A program made the position numbers and the translations under genes. A DNA stretch of 64,000 nt from Klebsormidium nitens. Its lineage: Eukaryota > Plantae > Klebsormidiophyceae. The notes under the pieces are model-generated. The model saw only the letters and a program-made list of their open reading frames with translations. It did no database searches and was not told the origin of the DNA. Shown here in pieces: positions 12,294 to 23,947 of the stretch; the stretch's first letter is position 1, and each line of letters opens with the position of its first letter. Location: contig DF236956.1 in assembly GCA_000708835.1 (NCBI GenBank), forward strand, positions 62,001-126,000. Reading direction: 5' to 3'.

Positions 12294-15200
12294 ATGGCAG
12301 AGGCCAGTGGCGGCTACGTAGGCAGGAAAAGGCCCCATGAATCTTCAAGCTTCTCCTGTCCCCCGAGTAAAAGGGATGCAGCAAGCTCTGCATTCGACCC
12401 CAGACAATCTTTGCAGTCCGCGGCTGTTGACAGCGACGGCCGCTTTCTACAGTTTTTTGTGGAGGCCCCAGATATGACCATGCAGAGGCGAAGAACGTTT
12501 GTCGTGAGGAAACCCGCTGAATCAAGCGTGCAGTCCGTTGTGGATTACATTCTGTACATGGAGGACGTTGACACCGGCATCCCAATCAGGTTCTTCAAGT
12601 ATGTGAAGCTGACCAGAAGGAACGGTCAGCCTTTGGACGGTGTCAAGACGCTGCAGGAAGTTGGTCTCAGTGATGGAGTTACACTTTACATTGATGGGAC
12701 CATCCCCAAGAACATCCTCCCCATACAGCAAGAGATGGAAACTCTGATCAGACTGGTCGATGAGATGACAGGCAAGACAAGTAAGACAGTAAATGGAGAA
12801 AGCTGTCCTGAGTCTGGACCGCTGCTGAGGTTTACAACGTCGAGCAGAAGGTTCCTGAGGAGGGAGCCAGGCGCAGACGGCTTCTTCTTCTCCCCGGGGG
12901 TTGCGAAGATCTTTCTGGCTGAGGGCGGGCTCCAAGTGCTGGCGGGGGTGAGCAGATACGAGGAGGAGAGGCTGGACAAGGCTGGCAGGTAACTTGCTGT
13001 TGGTTGAATGTTGACCAGTTTGATATGTAGATTGTGACAGAGTTGCCAGAAGTTCACGCATCAATCTGTCTATCTGATTTCACTCTACTTCGTTGATGCT
13101 TGGCGGTGCATGTAGTTCGATAGTGCTTTTTGGTTCCAGTGCATTGCATCAAAAATGTAGCCCTCCAGTATAAGAAAAAGGGCCCCCAATGTTCAAGTGG
13201 CTGGGTTCTAGTCTATTCATTCTCCATTGATGATTGCATCTGGCATTTTGGAAGGGGTTCAAGGGGGTTCTCTGCGGAAGGATATGGAGATGTCTTTGTG
13301 AAATTTGTCCTTCACTATTATGTCCTGTCTAGTGAACTAGACCGATACTTGATTGCCTAAGAAGTATTGGTCACATCCACATTCGGAATTCTTCATTCCA
13401 TCCTAGCTAATGCAATTTTTCCAAGAAAGGTTAGCTCAGTCAGAATCGTTTTGTACCTCCACTTGAATGAAAACGTAAAAGTTTGCGAGTGAACGTCCTT
13501 GTCGATCCACATCTGGGCTCTGGCGTTTTCAAGGCTTAGCGATCTAGACATGTAAGGAATCAACGCATTTCCAGTCAATCCAAGCCTTCAACAAATGTGA
13601 CCTTTTGAATTCGAATGTCATGTCTTGAACGGGGGTTCCACAGTTGGAAGCGATCAGTTTCTCACCAACTTGGCAACTCAACTTCAAAGCCAGCCTCTAC
13701 TTAATCTGGACGGACAACCACCTGGCCATGATCCACCCAGAGCAAAATGGCCTTGCCTACACGAAAGCCAGGACCTCAAGTCTCGAATGCGTTGCTTTCT
13801 CTGTGCTTCACTGCCTCTTTTGCCAATCGACATTCCTTGTCGAGGAGCTGCAATTGTCGACTGTGACAAAGCAGAACCGCCTCAAAGAGATGGACGGGGA
13901 GAAACTAAGGAATGGAAGGAACCAACCTCTCTTCTATGCCCATGCAGGCTCCCAGTGCCAATCAGACGAGTTTGACATGACTCGCTGAGTTAGGAGGTTC
14001 ACCTTCTAAGGATGTGCCCCTTATTCTTCCAATCTGAAAGCATGTTCCACTGAGGTTTCCTCCCTTTATTTTCTGAATCTCACCATTGTATCGCCCATCC
14101 GTTTCCAGGACCGCAGTCGTTGGTTTCGTCGAGGACCTCGCGACCGAGTGCGCGCAGGCCCCCAGCCCCGACCGCCTCGGCCACCACGGCGCCGCCATCA
14201 TTCTCGCGATGCTCAAGGAATGGGTCCCCATCTCCGCAATAGAAGAATCCACGTTCCACATTCACCAACTTATGGCCCATCTCGCACCCCCCCTCTCGCG
14301 CGCCCTGACGTTCCTCTTCCAGACCCCCCCCCACGCGAGCCTCGCAGCCTGGTTCAACTTAGCCCCCGGGGATCTGCTGACGCAGCTCTGGGAGCTGCTG
14401 AGGTCACAGCTGACGGACGTCCGGTCCGGGGTGGGGAAGATCCCCGGTCTAGTTGTGCCGCACGTGTGTCACGGTCTGCGAGCGGTGCTCGGCGCAGCGG
14501 AGGGGGGTGCGACACAGGGGTCCGACTGGGGCCGTACCTTTGGGGGGGAAGTCTATAGGTCTGCGCGGAAGACTGTGGAGGGGGTCATTGAGCGGAGAGC
14601 TTTAGACGGGCCCGGGAAAGCGGACGTCGGCCCTCCCCAGCTGAAGAAGTGCGTCGCTGCTTTGGTCACGCTGATGCAAACCCTGTCTTCTAAACAAGAC
14701 TCGCCAGACCCCCAGTCCGACGAAGCCTCCCCCGAGTCGTTCCGCACGTTTCTCGAAGCCCACAAACCCGCGGTTAATGCCCTGGTTTGCTCGAACACCA
14801 CCGCGTTCTCTGGATTCCAAGAGATGCCTTGGCTGCTTACGTCGCCATATAACGGGTTCCTGACCCTGGAAACCAAACGGCGGTGGCTGGAGCATAACCT
14901 GCCGGACACCATAAGCGCGGAGTCGCAGGTGGAAATATCGGTGGACCGGCGGAATCTGCTGGCGGACGCGTTTGATAAGCTGGCGTACGAGGATGCGGCG
15001 GAGCTGCGGGGGGGCGGGATATACCCGACGTTCGCGGAGGAGGACGGGTACGGCCCGGGGGTGCGGCGTGAGTTCTTTGTGGCGGTGAGTGAGCTGATGT
15101 GGACATTTCCCTGGAAGGAAGTATCATGAAGTATCACTGCCAGGTTGCTGATAGGTAGCATGCGCTTTCCAGTACGAGTATCTCCCCGCTCTTTGTCTAT

Positions 15201-18200
15201 TGAAACAACGGAAAGCTTGAAAGCTTGTACTGCCCTCTCCAGGTGGCACGCCAACTGCATAACCCCGCCAATGCGCTTTCTTTGTCGTCCCTGCTGGAGC
15301 GCCGGCGAGTACTCCCGATCCAAAACGAAGTGCCCTGAAGAGTTCGGCGCAAAACTGTAGAGGATAGAGCTCAAAACACGACTCTTTCCTCTGCAGGTGG
15401 CACGTCAACTGTTCGACCCCGCCAACGCGCTCTTCCTGTCATCCCCGCTGGACCGCCGGCGCGTGTTCCCGAGCCACGCGTCCGACTGCAACCCGGGCCA
15501 CCTGGCCTACTTCAAGTTTTGCGGCCGCTTCCTTGCACTTGCACTCGCACATAGGTAAGCGAACGGCACAACTGTTCCCAGTTGGTGTTCTGGTTGTGCT
15601 CTTGACTACGTTCCCCTTGCGTTTGCGGGTCCTCCGGCTTTGCCTTTTCTTGTCTTCTCTTCTTCCGAATGCAACCCGGGTTACTTGGTCTACTTCAAGT
15701 TTTGCGGCCGCTTCCTTGCTATGCGCTCCCGCACAGGTAACGGAACGATAAACCAATCCTAATGAGTGTTGTGGTCGTTGCCTTTGAAGATTTCTTCTTG
15801 CTTTGCCGGTCCCCCATTCTGTTTTCTCTACGGTTCTTCCGACTGCAACCCGGGCCACCTGTCCTACTTCTAGCTCTGCGGACGCTTGCTTGCAATGTTG
15901 CCCTCCTTGCTTCTGCCGGCCTGCGCTTCTGTCTTTACCCTCGTTGTCTTTTCATCCTTCGTGCTTTGTTCGTTCATTCCTTCTTCCTGTCAACATGAAA
16001 CAGTACGACATGATTCTCAGCCATTCTGAGTGGACTTAATTGCTTGAGTAGTGTTCAAGTTGCCTTACGCGATCAGAGGCTGGAGAAGTTCCTCTGCACC
16101 TCAGGGTCTGCGTCACTGGAAAAGCTCGTAAACGGTTACGCCAGCGTGACAGATTTATTCGGTTGGCAGGGTCCAAGCGTGTTAGCCAGTGCCAAGCTGA
16201 CGCAATTGAGTCTAAAAACGTGAACCACTTTTCAGTTCCACTTCAAATCTGAGATAGTATTGACCAATCTATCACAAGAAGCATAGAATTAAGTTGCACA
16301 ATAAGGTCAACGCGGACACTAAAGTCTCATCCTCGGCCTGCAGGGTACAGCTGGGCATCGCGCTCGCGCCCGCGTTGTTTCGGCTGCTCGTGACGTCACC
16401 AGGGGGGGAGGGTGAGGTCTGCGAGGAGTTGGAACGTCTGGATGACGCGGCGGATGTCGACTGCGACACGTGGCGGAGCTGCAAGCAGTTGCTGGAGATG
16501 AAACCGGAAGAGGTAAGACCGCTTTGGTCACTTGGAGGCCGATCCTTACGGGCAGTATGTAGACCCTCAAAAGGGCTCACAGGTCAACGAGCTCCGTAAG
16601 GAGACTCACGGCAGTTGTAGATAAGGTTCCACTTTCTCCTGTACATAATTCAGTATACCAGGTTCTCGGGTGGTCTTAAGACGGCCACTTTCTAAATCGC
16701 ACTTCCTCGAGTGGTCATTCGTGCGCTGGCATCGGGACCTGGACCCATATCAAGAGCAAAGAGTCCTCTTTTCAAAGGCGGCTCTTCAAAGCTCGACGGA
16801 CTATTCCAGAACGACCACCTTTGTGCAGGTGGAGACTTGTCCGTCAAAGGCGTCCTGGCTGTTGCAGATTAAATTTGTGGAGCTTCGTCGTGTGCTGTAT
16901 TGAATTTCTGGGCAATGCGTCGAGAGTGAAAAGATGGAAGAAAGCTTCCTTCAATATCGGTTCTTTCCTTCAATCACGTCCTTGTCCTTCGGGTACGTGT
17001 CGAAAAGACGACTCCGAAACGAGACCCTTATTGTAAGTGACAATCTATACAAAAAAGGTTTCCTTGCTGTTGCAGATCGAGTTCCTGGAGCTCTCGTTCG
17101 TGTGCTGCATCGAGAAGCTGGGCGCGCATCCACCAACTTAAGAAAGGTTTTGCTTTCTTCAGACGGATCATTGCAAGCTCAAGACTGACTTCTGAGAGAC
17201 CATAACACAAACTTGTACCTGATGACTTACAAACAGCAAAAATTTCTTGCTGTTGCATATTGAATCCTTGGAGCTGTCGTTCGTGTGCTATGTCGGAGAT
17301 CTGGGCACGCATCGAAGCAGCGAGAAGATGGAAGAAGGCTTCCTTCAATCAGGGTTCTCTCCAAGAGGTGTTCAAAAGGCGTCTCAGAAGTACAAATTAT
17401 ACGGTGATCGGAAATCTTTACGTGAAACATTCTTTGCTTTTGCAGATCGAGTTCCTGGAGCTCTCATTCGTGTGCCGCATCGAGAAGCTGGGCATACGTC
17501 GAGGGCGAGAAGAATCCCTCAAACACCGTTCTTTCCTTCAAATACCCGTTGAAAAGACGAATCCTAGACAAGACTTGGCTTTATACATGCGGAAAGTTCC
17601 TTGCTTTTGCAGATCGAATTCTTGGAGCTGTCGTTCGTGTGCTGCATCGAGAAGCTGGGCGCGCAGCGCGAGATGCCGCTCTTCCCCGGGGGCGAGGACA
17701 AGACCGTGACGGCCAGCTCGCTGCGACACTTTCTTGGGCTCAAGCTCAGGAAGCAGCTGTACGAGCCGGTGCAGTGTCAAGTGGCGGCGATCCGGGACGG
17801 CTTCCGAGAGATGTTCACACGGACGGATGCGGCGGTCTCGGACGTTCTGGAGCCGGTCGGGGAAAAGGTGAGGGTTCTTTTGATTTCCTATCACGACGAG
17901 CCATGATGACTAATGAATTGCCCGGGGGACAGGTAAGGAGGGTATCGGAAGGGAACGGGCGCGGAGCGTGTGACTCATGTTTTCGGTTTTCGAATTACTA
18001 TGCGTGTCAAGCTCAGTTCATACTTCTTATACCCTTAGTCAACACGAAGCACAGAGATATGAAGGGAAGGGGAGACTGGAACGATCGTTTCGAGTGAGAC
18101 GGTAAAATCACACTCTGATTCTTCGAAACGGCGTTGTCTGGTCGGTTGCCATCCCGGCGGAGGAAGCAAAAGCTTCAAACCTATTAATATTGGACCTGCT

Positions 18201-18812
18201 TGATTGACATGCGTTTTGCCACCCTCAGAATTCCGCTCCGGCGAGTCTGTCCGTTACTTGCACCTCCCGCCTTCTCCGCTTGAGTCCAGAGGTTTGGCCA
18301 AGCTTCGAGTGCACTTCTTAGGATGAGTCGCAGAAAGTCTGATGCGGATTAAACCTTCGAAGCTGGAGCCAGCCCATGACTTCGCATCCGGGGAATCATT
18401 CAAAATCAAACCGCGGGTTGATTTTTTGCAGGACTTCGCACTCATCCTGCGGGGCGACCCAGCCGACGTGTCGCTCGCGGATTGGAAGGCGCACACGTCG
18501 TACCACGAGTACGCCGAGAGCGACGCCCAGATCACGTGGTTCTGGCAGGCGTTGGAGTCCTTTCCGGAGGAACGCCGGCGGCGGCTTCTCTTCTTCGCGA
18601 CCGCGTTCAACTACCTCCCGCCCACAGGGTTTCAGGGTTTACCGGACCGGTTTCACATTTTTCGGGGGGGCGACGGGCTCGAGATGTTGCCCACGTCGCA
18701 CACGTGTTTTTTGCAGCTCGTGCTGCCCGCGTATGACTCGTACGAGATGATGAGGCAGCGGCTTACGGTCGTCTCGGATGCGCATGTGGCAGAGAGCTTT
18801 GGCATGTCGTAG
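12294..18812 (+). CDS. UPL5: Second UPL5-like HECT E3 ubiquitin ligase (UBL plus HECT)
   Basis: Exons 12294-12988, 14109-15084, 15397-15554, 16344-16512, 17613-17867, 18432-18812, all phase-consistent GT-AG. UBL-like: FLQFFVEAPD...NGQPLDGVKTLQEVGLSDGVTLYI. HECT: PTFAEEDGYGPGVRREFF, QITWFWQAL, catalytic LPTSHTCF. Confidence 0.9.
15136..15910 (+). repeat. Decoy copies of both ends of HECT exon 15397-15554
   Basis: Upstream: tctccag|gtggcacgccaactgcataaccccgccaat (15239-15320) copies the acceptor and exon start. Downstream: gaatgcaacccggg...cgcacag|gtaacg (~15665-15740) and gactgcaacccgggccacctgtcctacttctag (~15840-15900) copy the exon end and donor. Confidence 0.85.
16850..17660 (+). repeat. 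Array of four decoy acceptor/exon-start copies before HECT exon 17613
   Basis: ttgcag|atcgagttcctggagctctcgttcgtgtgctgcatcgagaagctggg-like units with acceptor positions at 16867, 17075, 17258 (AG mutated to AT), 17445 and the true site at 17612. Period is 167-208 bp. Confidence 0.9.
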
Positions 18813-20286
18813 GTCTAGGTAGGAGCAAGGACGGAATTGAGATGTTGGGTGCAAAAGCTGCGCGAATGTACAGTCAATCCTTGATCATTGCGGGATGCTC
18901 TTTGAGATCAGGCGGCTGCTTTGAGTCGAGAGAATATGTGGAAGACTGTAAGTAGGGTGTTTGGACGGACTGGAACCGTGTCGGAGAATGCAGAATATTG
19001 TATAAATACGTAGTGTTTTGACGGACTGGAACGGTCCTGGCAAGCTATGGCGGTAAGTGTCAGCATGCATGCGACCTTTGTTCTCTAGATCGCTCAAATC
19101 AATCCCCTACGTCGTGCTCGAGATGCATCCAACTTCCACCCGCTGAGCGGCCGAGGTTGTGCGCGCAGTCACGAATGAATGATTGCAACTTAAGATGGAC
19201 GGCCATGGCCGCCGCAACAAATCAGGTACAGGCCTGAACTTGATTGTACTTAACTAGATCATGCAGACAAAACTCGGGGGTGTCCAGGCTGATTCGAAGT
19301 TCTCAAATTCGAGAGTTGATTTTAGTTTGAGTGTGAGTGATGCTTCAATTGGAGTCGCACCACGCAGCGGCTGACGCACGGGCGGTCGGACAGTTAAGTT
19401 CATTAATATGCAGTGAACCTATGTAACTAGAGCTAGGCTACAAAACGTGCACGCGCAGCAGGCTAGCTGATTGGCGAGCCTGTGGCCGGTTCTCTGGCAA
19501 ACGCCGCGGCCAACTTAGTCAACCATTGGATTTGATCCGCGTGTGGGCAAGTTTGGAACATGCCATGAGCTATCGTTACAACGATTGTGACTTCTCAAAT
19601 ATAACCGCCATATTCATATGCAAGTCATGGGAACTTCAGTGACTTTTCTCATGAGCTGCAGAGAGCACTTTCAATATGCCATGCGCTACAGTCGATTATA
19701 CTATTGCATCATGGACGTACACGTGTACGAGTTATTTGTCAAGCGACTCAGCTGAGTGAGCGTGTTCAATACTTCATCAGTGCAAAACTTCAAAAGGCGT
19801 TCATGTAAAGGCTAGTGCGGACTCGACCTCCATCATTGCAACTACGCGCGATTCTGGAACGTCACGCGATGGGGACGCAAACTAACATTTGTGCTATAAG
19901 CGCAGCGAGCGCCGAAGCAGCGATTGACCGGAGTGACTGAAATCGACTCACTAACAGAACCCACGTGACCGCGTCAGCAAGTGTGGATGGAACTTCGACC
20001 GGAAAGTCTGAGCGAACTTAACTTTTGAACCTTCAATTCAGAGTGTTGGTAATTTGACGAGGACGGGCCAAAGTAAGAATCTACCGCAAAACTTGAAATA
20101 TTCCTGTAGGCTGGTTCCCAGGCTGAACCCTCTACCGGAGCCTCATGAGCTTTTCTCCTGCAAACATCATTCGCTGCTCGTTCTACACGTGCAGCCACTC
20201 TCAGTGATCCTCAAAAATCTAGTGTACATACGGTCCGACGCAAAACCAATTTGGGTCTTACATGCACCAGAGTCTCCTCAAATTTT

Positions 20287-21613
20287 CTAGCCCAACGACG
20301 GCCTGGCCCCGGGGTTACCCCCCGGGTTCACTTTCAGCGCCTCGACGTTCCCAGCGTTCTGCTTGGGGGCGTTCTTCACGGTCGCGGCTTCATACGGCGT
20401 CGCAATCGCGGAATTTTCTTGCCGGGAACTAGAGGGGCGAGTGCCGCCGCGGCTGGCGTCCTCCATCACTTGGGCGACGGTCGAGTTCTTGGGAGACGCG
20501 TTGCGGCCGTAAAAGTACCTGGATATCAATGACAGAAGCATTAGAAAAGGTAAACGAGAAAAGGAACGAGACACAACACCCGAAGTTGAGACGAAAAGTG
20601 CTGAATAACCATAATCGCAATTTCTGGGACGTAAGCGACGAATACTCGGGCGGCCGATCTAGGGATTCTTTGTGGCAAGATGGAACTAGAGGGGGTCAAC
20701 AAAGATCATTTCAGTCGCTCTTCTTTCGTAAATCCTCAACACGTGTCGACATCGCAACCTTTGAGGGGCGCGGCCGCACCCTTCCAAGTCGTTCTTTCAG
20801 AAAACTCTTCAGATTCAAATGTGCTATGGATTTCTTCTGGGTCAGCTTTGGCTTGAAATGCCATGACAACTACTTATACGAAAAACTGACAAGTGCTCGC
20901 TGAAGGAAAAAGGCGTCTGAGGTACTGAAACAGCAATCGCTCTCTACATCCAAAACCGAACGCTTGCAATCTTAGACGACGGTGACAACAAATCGCCCTA
21001 GAACTCATAAGATTGAGGATCTCAATATTCGTATCTTCGATCAGAAGACCAGGCTGCTTTTTTGGTCTCGTGAGGCTGGGGACGTGTAAAGGGCTCTAAA
21101 AACGACTACGAAAGCATGCCGAACTTGTAGACAAGATGTCGACGCCTTCATTCTCGTTGCCAACCAAACCTTGTTTTTTGGCACCGGCCCTTATTTCTTA
21201 AATAGTACAATTCGTCAGACTTCACACTTCACAAACAATATTCGAAAGCGCAATGAATAGTGGAAAGGGAGAAAGAAGACGGCCTCGAAGTGGCCAACGC
21301 CGAATCCGGCTGCAAACATCGAGAATTGATGTGATCTTTCGAAGAACTTCGAAAAACAAACATCGAAACTTCACGAAAAGCACAAGGAAAACGGAACTTG
21401 GGCACGAGAAGGAATGGAAATACGATGCTCTATACACCCGAATGGTTGCAACAGAAGAAAAGCATCGTCCGTTTTGTCAAAGACGTTGAAGAACATGAAC
21501 GGGCCTGGAAAATGGAAGGCTCACAATCCAGCGACCGCTGCCACTGCTATCGCAGCCCCCACTCTCCGATTGCGGCCCTCGGCCCCACCCCTCGCAGCAG
21601 AGAAAAAGTCCAT
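20287..21613 (-). CDS. Small (~106 aa) single-pass membrane protein of unknown function
   Basis: Exon 21613-21525 (ATG, donor gtgagc) joins exon 20518-20287 in phase 2, giving MDFFSAARGGAEGRNRRVGAAIAVAAVAGLYFYGRNASPK...PSLG*. A ctgcag acceptor lies just upstream of the ATG, so further 5' exons exist and may be coding. Confidence 0.55.
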
Positions 21614-23026
21614 GGAATCTGCAGAAGAGATGATCTTATCCGTTTCAGGCCGATGCATTTCGAAGGTTATGCGTTCGTGCTTCGCTACGAATTGTGCCAC
21701 AGTCGACCTAGTGTCAATGATTGTATCACAATCAACTTGAGTTCGACACCGGGCTGACCGTCCTGCACGACGGTTCTGCTGAAGGCAAGAGTATTTTAAC
21801 AAGCAAAAGTTGTCAGGTTTGCAGAGGTTCATTCAAAAAGAGCTTGTTGACAACTGGCATATTCAACAACCCCCACAAATGAAGTGGGCTGCTTGATCTT
21901 CTGTGCATACTTGCCTTTAGTCTCTATAGACTGCCTGTGCCTATTCAGTGAGATCTGTAGCACCATCTTCTGGATAAAGGTGGCTAATTGCGAGGATAAA
22001 AGTACAATCTTCCGTTAAAAAGTGGCTACTCAGGAGGATAAATATTACAAAAAGTGATCCGAAACATAGGCTTGACTAATTCCTGAAAGGAAAGCTCACC
22101 CGACTGAATGAGATGGAATGATGGGCAGCAATCACAAAGCTTGTCAGGTAAGCCGGTGGCGTATCTTACATCGATGTAACACAACCTTGCAAAGGTTTTC
22201 TCCAAGTACCCACCGGAGCACATTATACTGATCAACCATGTGAAGGATGCTTTTTGCCGGTGACAAATAGAATTAAAAGCAAAAAGCGAAAGCGCTCCAA
22301 AGGAGTTTCAATTGTTAGGCAACATCAAAACCCGTCAGTTCCACTTTGCATGCACGAATAGGCAGGCTGTTCCAGCTTCAGCTTGGCTCTCTACGGTACT
22401 TGAGCAGCTGATAAATTTCTTCTGGAAGAAATCAAATCATCCTGAAGTGGAAGACAAACATGACCACATGCTTCCTTCGACGTTCAGGGCTTGTACTTCG
22501 AGATGACACTTCAGGTTCAAAGGCCTGACTCTGAGCCTGATTTGGACTTCGGATGAAGTGGAGTTCATAAATATAAGGATACCCAGGTCGGACAGTAAAG
22601 AGTCCAGTCCTGTTTTTGATGTTTAGCTGGCGCCAATTCCCCTTCTAATCGCTTGATTCACTGCCCAACTTACCTGTAAGAGGACATGAAAGTACAAACC
22701 CTGGCTCTATGGTCGTGCTTACCTGTACTTCCCGTTCAAGTCAGCCGACTTAGCACCTTGTTATTGCCAGCAGAACAAGCAGGAGCCTAACTAGTACAGG
22801 TCCGACGCCTTCTATTTCAGCAAATCCTAGTCTTGGCGAAATGCTTTTATAACGTGCAGGATTGTTCAGCCGACCCAGGTCAAATTTAGTATTGGCCTCG
22901 CCACCTACAAATCTGCAATCAAGACGCCTTGCAGATTGGTGCAGAAGCAGGCGCCAAGGGGTCTTCGCACGTTGGTCTGGATCCCAACAAAGGCGCAGCT
23001 GGCCGTGTTCTCGCAGAAGTTGGAAG

Positions 23027-23506
23027 TCCTGGGTCGGGTTCACATTGGACTTTCTCAAAACTTTTATCGTGATTCGATAGCTAGGCTTGCGTCACTCAGC
23101 GTCACCCCGCCAGATTCGGCGGGCTAACGGTCAATTCTTCGAACTTCAGAAGTTATCGAAGTCGAAAACCCAGTCAAATCCGGGAGGCTATCAAAATTTG
23201 AAACGCGGTCGACGACCGCGTTTGGATAGCCCAATCACGATAAGTACAAGTTTGATATCGTCACGCCTCCGCCTTTGCTGACGGTTTTGTGTACTTAGTG
23301 TACTTAATCTGGTTCACGTGGTCGGTCACATGGCTCCGGTCGAGAGTTTTGAATTACGATTCGAATTTCGACTGACCAAATTGCAATGTGAACCCAGTCT
23401 GGCTATCGTAATCCGAAACTGCTAAAACGTCAGCATGGGTACTTCCAATTGCGAATCATGGCAGACCGAATTAGGGCAGAAAGTCCAATGTGAACCCGAC
23501 CCTGGA
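23027..23506. repeat. 29-bp inverted repeat pair (28/29 identity) enclosing ~420 bp; MITE-like or inverted duplication
   Basis: tcctgggtcgggttcacattggactttct (23027-23055) and agaaagtccaatgtgaacccgaccctgga (23478-23506). No clear target-site duplication. Confidence 0.65.
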
Positions 23507-23947
23507 CATTCGAAGAGGCGAAGGCGCTTTCCTGCTAAGTCTTGATTCGAAGTGCGAAGCCTGCGCAAAAGTACGGATGCAATGCTGCATGCAATCGCGC
23601 ATGCAGGTTGTCGACGACGCAGGCTGCAGTGACAGCGAGGAGCTACCGGTACGAGGACCCACGGGTCCGCCAGTGACGTCATCACCCTTGGTTGCGTGAC
23701 TGCGGGTGTTCTATACCGTCAGATGGACATCGGACGGTTCGTAACTCGAGTCTTGATTATGGTAAGCCTGTTAGTGCGCGTTCCCTACGCGCGCTTTTCT
23801 AGCAGCGCAATGCGTCACCGCAATGCAGACCAAGCTCTCATTCATACTAATAGGCCATTTGATCAGGTCGCTGCAGAGAAAGAAGGAAGCGGCTACTAGA
23901 AAGCGGCCTTAGACCTTGGGATCAGGAGCTGTTCATGACGGTCTACA

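Noticed and set aside
13130-13990. ORFs in the first intron of HECT-2 as extra exons
   Set aside because: Exon 1 (ends 12988) splices in phase directly to 14109, and the ORFs lack domain-like content.
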